From positions 33,949 to 84,271 of the forward strand of contig BLSG01000168.1 of the NCBI GenBank assembly GCA_012862495.1: a DNA stretch of 50,323 nt, given 5' to 3'. The notes under the pieces are model-generated. The model was given only the letters and a program-made list of their open reading frames with translations, was not told where the DNA came from and ran no database searches. This DNA is from Thraustochytrium aureum. Lineage: Eukaryota. Position 1 is the stretch's first letter. Each line of letters begins with the position of its first letter. The translations under genes were made by a program, and so were the position numbers. Below are positions 45,080 to 50,323 of the stretch, piece by piece.

Positions 45080-46144
45080 ATGTTACATGCACATACAGGG
45101 TCGTTGCTCCGGCAACCAGGCGCGCCGGGCGAGGCCGGCTCGGGCAATGCTGGAGGGCGCGAGGGGAGGTCGAGGAGGGAAGGGCAGTCGGCTGGGTCCC
45201 GCCGCGCCGCGCGGGAGCAGGCGCTGCTGACGCAGTACGGGCGCGTGCTCAAACAGGCGGCGGCGAGTGCGGCGTTGGAGGGCCGCGTCGTCGGAGGCGC
45301 GATCGAGCACCATGGAAATAACAAGCACGTCGAGTACGTTCTCTCCTGCTCGCTGAGCGCCGAGGACCATTCACGGCGGTACACCGAGTTCAAGGAGCTG
45401 GACTCTGCGCTTCGGTTGCGGTTTCCAAGCATCGCCTTGCCGGCCCTACCAGATGTCTCTTGGCGCTTCAAGCTTTTCTCGCGCCGAACCCTTGATCCCG
45501 GCTACGTCGCCTCTAAGGGGAGGCTGTTGAACGCGTACATCCAAGAGCTGTGCAAGATTCCTGACGTGCGAGCCTCGCCAGAGCTGTTGGCGTTCTTGTT
45601 TTGCCCGAAAGAGGCCGTCGAAACCGCGACGAATCGCGAGGTGCTATTCAAAGAGGAGGAAAGGGCGAGCGGCAAGCAAGCGAGCGAGTCGGCGCCCCCC
45701 CCCTCGGCCTCCTCCTCCTCCTCCGCGGCGCGAGTGCACAACGGCAGCAGTTTCGTCGAGTGCGAAAGCGGATCCAGCTCCGACGAGGGCGGCGAAGAGG
45801 ATTTAGTCGACCCGTCGGACGACTGGCTCGCTGCGGGGCCGGACCTCGTGGAGCGGGCGCGGTGCGCGGCCAAGGACCACCCGTTACTGTCGCGAGTCAT
45901 GGGCCGCAAACAACAGATCTCGTTGCCGCTGTACCATACCCGCGACGATATTGTGGCCACGGCGGTGCTGGTCCTGCGCATCGATCGCTTTGACACCGAG
46001 CTGAGCCTATCGCCCTTCACTTTCAACGCGAGCACGGGCTTGCTCGGAGGCCGAGCCGTGCTTGATGGGCACAGGATCCGCGTCGACGCCCAGCTCACAA
46101 GTTTCAACCCCATCGGCGGGGTCGCAAACGTTAGTGTCAGCTAG
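45080..46144 (+). CDS. PX (phox homology) domain protein; start uncertain
   Basis: KHVEYVL...SRRYTEFKELDSALRLRFPSIALPALP...LLNAYIQELCKIPDVRASPELLAFL matches the PX consensus. Confidence 0.85.
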   Translation: MLHAHTGSLLRQPGAPGEAGSGNAGGREGRSRREGQSAGSRRAAREQALLTQYGRVLKQAAASAALEGRVVGGAIEHHGNNKHVEYVLSCSLSAEDHSRRYTEFKELDSALRLRFPSIALPALPDVSWRFKLFSRRTLDPGYVASKGRLLNAYIQELCKIPDVRASPELLAFLFCPKEAVETATNREVLFKEEERASGKQASESAPPPSASSSSSAARVHNGSSFVECESGSSSDEGGEEDLVDPSDDWLAAGPDLVERARCAAKDHPLLSRVMGRKQQISLPLYHTRDDIVATAVLVLRIDRFDTELSLSPFTFNASTGLLGGRAVLDGHRIRVDAQLTSFNPIGGVANVSVS

Positions 46145-46195
46145 GTGGGTTGGCGTGCGCTGATTCTTATTGTGATTTTCTTTCTAAAGAAGCGA

Positions 46196-47202
46196 CTAGT
46201 TGAACTTGGCCTGCGAAAAGTCCATCTCCGGGTGCTGCGACATAAACTTTTTGAGCATGTCCTGCTTCTGCTGCTCGTCGCTGGTGGGCAACCCGCGCGC
46301 CTTCTGCTGCTGGTCGTACATCATCTTTTCGACTGTCTTGCGCGTCTCCCCGTCCAAGTCGGATAGTTTCGAGTTCTCGGGCACGACTTTCTTGGTGTTG
46401 ATCTCAGGGTCGCCCTTCATGACTGTGGACCACCAGCCCATCTGGTTCTTTTTCTCAAAATACACGTTGAGCTGGCGGCCGCCGTTCGGGCCGTCTTCGA
46501 GGGTCCAAGTCGCCTCGTCCGTCTTGATCTCGTCGTGCAGCGCGCCGTCGACGATGGGATCCTGCCCGCGGAGGCCCACCTTGAGACTNNNNNNNNNNNN
46601 NNNNNNNNNNNNNNNNNNNNNNNNNNNNNNNNNNNNNNNNNNNNNNNNNNNNNNNNNNNNNNNNNNNNNNNNNNNNNNNNNNNNNNNNNATTCCCGGTGT
46701 TCGGCTTGAGCTTGCCCTTGTCCGCCTCATCCTCCTCCTCCTCGTCATCGCCATCTTCCGCAGCTGAGGGGGCCTTTGCCTTGGCGGCCTCTTGGGCGGC
46801 GGCAGAGTTGCTAGCAGCGGCTCCGGACGAGGCCTCGTCGTCGTCGATCATCTCGATCTCCACGCCGGTCTCCTTGCCAGAGGCCGTCATCGCTTTCACA
46901 GCAGGCTTGGGCTCGGGCTCCGGGGCGGCCTTGGGGGCAGGCTTGGGCGCCGCCGCCTTGCGCTTTTGCTCTTGCTGCGCCTTTTTCAGCTTGTCCTGCT
47001 CGACCATTTTGAGCTGCGTGTCGACGGCGCGGAGCATGGCGGCCTCGACCTGGGCGCGCTCGGCCCCTGAGAAGAAGTCGGTCTTGCGGCGCAGGAAGCC
47101 AAGGAAGGTATTCAGGAGCGGGTCCACCCCGGGGCCCATAGAGGCGCTGATCTGCTGGGCGAGCCCCAGCAAGACAGGGTCGAACTGCTCCTCCCGCGAC
47201 AT
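46196..47202 (-). CDS. NUDC: Nuclear migration protein NudC (CS/p23 co-chaperone), N gap 46589-46689 inside
   Basis: [11 protein letters not shown]...[20 protein letters not shown] and [44 protein letters not shown]...[11 protein letters not shown] are NudC motifs. Confidence 0.96.
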
Positions 47203-47754
47203 TTTCACGCAGCCGCTCCGCTCTGTCACTGCCTAGGCCCGGTGCTCGGCTGGCCCCCTTACACGCGCTCGCTCTCGCGCCCTAGTGCTCTGGTTTCGCG
47301 TGCGTCCTGGTCCTCGAGCTCTGCGGGTATGGTGCGTTGTTGTGCTGTTGTGGATCTCTTCGATGGCCGCTGGCAAACTTTCGAGAAGGCCCGCTTTCTT
47401 CCAACTTCGAAACGACCGAGGTCACTGGCATCCAACTGGGCACACCAGCACCAGGGCCCCTGTGCACTGGCACGACGCCGCAGCGAGACGAGCGCCCCTT
47501 GGTCGAGTGCGCGACTCCGCAGCGAGACGTCGTTGTCGCACGAGTGAAGAGCAAGCAAGCACCATCGCAAGCGCTGAGTCCGACGAGGCGCGGAAGTTGA
47601 CGTTGAACGCCGAGGCGCGAGCTTCGGCGAGCTCGAGCTTCGGCGACACAGCAGGGCTCGCTGAGGAGTCGGGCTGCTCAGGGCCAACTAATTAATTACA
47701 CGTTGGTCCGTTTGTTTGGTTGCAAAAATGAATCCCGGGTCGGGCTTGCGCTGG

Positions 47755-49809
47755 TCAGCCTGGCAGCAAGACCCACGGCACCTCCTCGTCGAACGGCACG
47801 CCACGTCCATCAAGCATGCGCAGCACCATTGTCGCGGGGCCACTCGGGTCTACGTCCAAGGGGGGGAGCTCCAAGGCGTTGCGCCGCCGACGGGCGGCCT
47901 CGTCGATCGCTCGTGCGTCCGGCGTCGGCACGGGGCGGTCTGGCCGCTTTGGCGGGACGCCATGCTGGCCGACTTGCTCGAAGACGCGGTCAAGCGAGAG
48001 CGTGGAGAACGTGCCCTTGATACGATCCAAAAGGCCAGCACTGGGCGCGCGCGGCCCATGAGGGTCGCCTCGCACCGGCGGCGATTGTATTGCTTCTGCG
48101 GCGCCTCTGGTTCGGCCTGCGTTGCCGTCATCGTTTGTCCAACCAGACAGAAAGTTGACGACACCGTCTTGGAGTTTGATGAGGAGCCCAAGCTCCACGA
48201 AATGCTCGCCGCCGCCGTCATCCCCGCCCTGCGCGCCTGCCGTGTATGTGGGGACTTTCGGCGGCGCACTTGCTTGGGCGCTGTGCACGCCACGAAACGG
48301 AGTCGCAAAGCCCGACCCCCGCCTCCTCGCAGCATGAGGGCTTGCTTTGGAGGCGTCGGCAAACGAGACATCAAAGCCAAANNNNNNNNNNNNNNNNNNN
48401 NNNNNNNNNNNNNNNNNNNNNNNNNNNNNNNNNNNNNNNNNNNNNNNNNNNNNNNNNNNNNNNNNNNNNNNNNNNNNNNNNNNNNNNNNNNNNNNNNNNN
48501 NNNNNNNNNNNNNNNNNNNNNNNNNNNNNNNNNNNNNNNNNNNNNNNNNNNNNNNNNNNNNNNNNNNNNNNNNNNNNNNNNNNNNNNNNNNNNNNNNNNN
48601 NNNNNNNNNNNNNNNNNNNNNNNNNNNNNNNNNNNGGCGGGAAAGCAACGAAGGCGGGCTTGGCTCAGAGTCTTGCTCGCTCCGAGTATGCGACTGGTCT
48701 TGCAGCCCTGCGACAGGCTGACGGTGGAGATCAAACGATGCGCCAGACGCTATCAGGGCCTCAATGGCATTGTTTACGAATTCGCCCACGTTGATTTGGC
48801 TCGAGTCGACGAGGCCGGTGTGGAGCGCTGCGTAGAGCACAGCTGGCGAGGCCAGCAGAGCGAGTCCAGCAGCGAAACTAATCCCTAGAATGGTCATCCT
48901 ACAGAGTAGGCCGATAGCTTTGCATGGCTGGAACCTGCGCGGTTGCGGATGCCCGTCCCCCTCGCCGGGTTGGGCAGAGGATCTCAATTTGCGCGCTCGG
49001 CGTTTCAGGCGCCTCGGCGATGACTTGTTGCAAAGTCCAGGGGCGACAAGCTCAAGAGGCACGGCCTTGCGCTCTGCTTCGCTCCACCCATCTGACTGCT
49101 GCGAGGAGGTGGACGCCGGACTGGGCTCGGTTTGGGGCATCGCCATGCTGGGGCTTTTCTCGCCTTGCAAATCGAGACTCGCGATCTGGTGCGTGCGGCT
49201 CTCGGGTCGTCCAGGCTTTACGCTGCTCACAGGGCACTGCTTCAAGTCGAGTTCGCTTGGATTGGAAGACCGCTCGAAGGCTTGGACTCGCTGCTTGTCG
49301 TCGTCCTCTTCGCTTCGGCCGTCGCTATTCTCACTTTCTACAGCTTGCTCTTCCCCTTCCCCATTAGAATCACCCGCCTCTTCGTCGGTTTGCTCGTTTG
49401 CTGTGCTGCTTTGTCGCTGTGGGCCTGGCTCTGCAACCCGCGATTTTCGCGGCTTCCCCGCTGTTGCCGCTGTCCGAGGCTCGGGCTCTGCACGAGCCGC
49501 ACCGACAGCACCGCCGTGCCCGCCTCGTTCCAGAGACGAAGCGCTTCCATCGCTGAGGCGACCCTCGGCGTCCTCGGAGGCGTTGCTGGCCGCCGCAGCG
49601 CGGCGTTGCGCCAATTCCTTGCGCAACTTTTTCGCAACCTTCTCCCTCTTCTTCCGCAGCGCCTTGGCACGCTGGCTGCTCGTGCTCCCAGCCCTTGCGC
49701 GGCCGCCCATCGTGGCAGCCTCGCCCGCCGGCCCCGGCAGCCCTGGCAGCCCTGGCAGCCCGCGCGCCTTGCCGCGGCAGAGGCCTGCCTGCGCGAGCAC
49801 ACTGTCCAT
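47755..49809 (-). CDS. Hypothetical membrane-anchored protein with a long charged, disordered N-terminus; a further 3' exon may lie in 47259-47687
   Basis: Long ORF spanning an N gap, with a hydrophobic segment ILGISFAAGLALLASPAVLYAAL. A candidate donor GAG|GTGCC and an acceptor TAG| at about 47688 are present. No recognised domain. Confidence 0.55.
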   Translation of the reverse strand: MDSVLAQAGLCRGKARGLPGLPGLPGPAGEAATMGGRARAGSTSSQRAKALRKKREKVAKKLRKELAQRRAAAASNASEDAEGRLSDGSASSLERGGHGGAVGAARAEPEPRTAATAGKPRKSRVAEPGPQRQSSTANEQTDEEAGDSNGEGEEQAVESENSDGRSEEDDDKQRVQAFERSSNPSELDLKQCPVSSVKPGRPESRTHQIASLDLQGEKSPSMAMPQTEPSPASTSSQQSDGWSEAERKAVPLELVAPGLCNKSSPRRLKRRARKLRSSAQPGEGDGHPQPRRFQPCKAIGLLCRMTILGISFAAGLALLASPAVLYAALHTGLVDSSQINVGEFVNNAIEALIASGASFDLHRQPVAGLQDQSHTRSEQDSEPSPPSLLSRXXXXXXXXXXXXXXXXXXXXXXXXXXXXXXXXXXXXXXXXXXXXXXXXXXXXXXXXXXXXXXXXXXXXXXXXXXXXXXXXXXXXXFGFDVSFADASKASPHAARRRGSGFATPFRGVHSAQASAPPKVPTYTAGAQGGDDGGGEHFVELGLLIKLQDGVVNFLSGWTNDDGNAGRTRGAAEAIQSPPVRGDPHGPRAPSAGLLDRIKGTFSTLSLDRVFEQVGQHGVPPKRPDRPVPTPDARAIDEAARRRRNALELPPLDVDPSGPATMVLRMLDGRGVPFDEEVPWVLLPG

Positions 49810-50251
49810 GGAACAAACCGATCGACACGCCGCGGCTCAGGTTAGGGCTTCGCGGGTCGGGTTAGGGTCCGGAATTGAGTGGAGGGGAACGGTAATCGCC
49901 ACAGAGGGCGGCCACGCTCCTCCGCGGCGCTCAAGACTCGCTCGCAATTCCCCCAAGCCCTCACGGCGGCCGGCTCGCGCGGCTGAGAGGCGGCGCGTGG
50001 ATTCGCAGGCAAAGGCCTCAGGGGCTTTGTGCCTTTTCTCGTTCGCTCGTTGGCAGGTAGGTAGGCAATCACTGGCAGGTTTTCTCTACGAGTTTCTCCA
50101 CGAGTAGGTACTTGTATTTCTTTCGTTTCTTTGTTGTTTTTTGTTTCGAGTTTTGTTTTGAGTTTTGATCTGTTGTGGTGGAGAGAGAGGGGAATCAGCG
50201 AACAAACAAGGGCGGAGGCGACAGGCAGAGCGCAGACTCCCAAGGACGCGG

Positions 50252-50323
50252 GGCAGGCAGGCACGCAGGCAGGCAGGCAGGCAGGCAGGCGCGCAGGCAG
50301 GAAGGCAGGAAGGCAGGCAGGCA
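50252..50323. repeat. (GGCA)n microsatellite, imperfect, running to the window edge
   Basis: Directly visible. Confidence 0.95.

Noticed and set aside
1..50323. tRNA, rRNA, snRNA, transposon or viral genes
   Set aside because: I recognised no tRNA-like motifs, rRNA conserved blocks, terminal repeats, or transposase, RT or capsid motifs by eye. A covariance-model scan would be needed to exclude small ncRNAs.

Overview
Gene-dense, GC-rich eukaryotic nuclear DNA from a draft scaffold. There are 11 N gaps, several inside coding sequence, and many single-base frameshifts at homopolymer runs. Short GT-AG introns, most with CTGAC/CTAAC branch points, plus a set of motile-cilium genes point to a flagellated protist. 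A stramenopile such as a labyrinthulomycete is my inference only. About 20 genes are visible: a PH-domain protein, a polycystin-2/PKD2-like channel, TRAPPC2L, a C2H2 zinc-finger protein, a Tctex-1-family dynein light chain, CCDC39, an SLC25 carrier, a Kdo transferase (WaaA/KdtA), DPH3, a tandem-GAF protein, CCDC113, FolC/FPGS, a ~15 kb inner-arm dynein heavy chain, a PX-domain protein, NudC and several orphans. Most notable are an AP2/ERF-like module at the C-terminal tail of the PKD2-like channel, the concentration of ciliary genes, and a lipid-A-pathway Kdo transferase. I saw no rRNA, tRNA, CRISPR array or recognisable mobile element. All family calls are from motif recognition by eye, not database searches.
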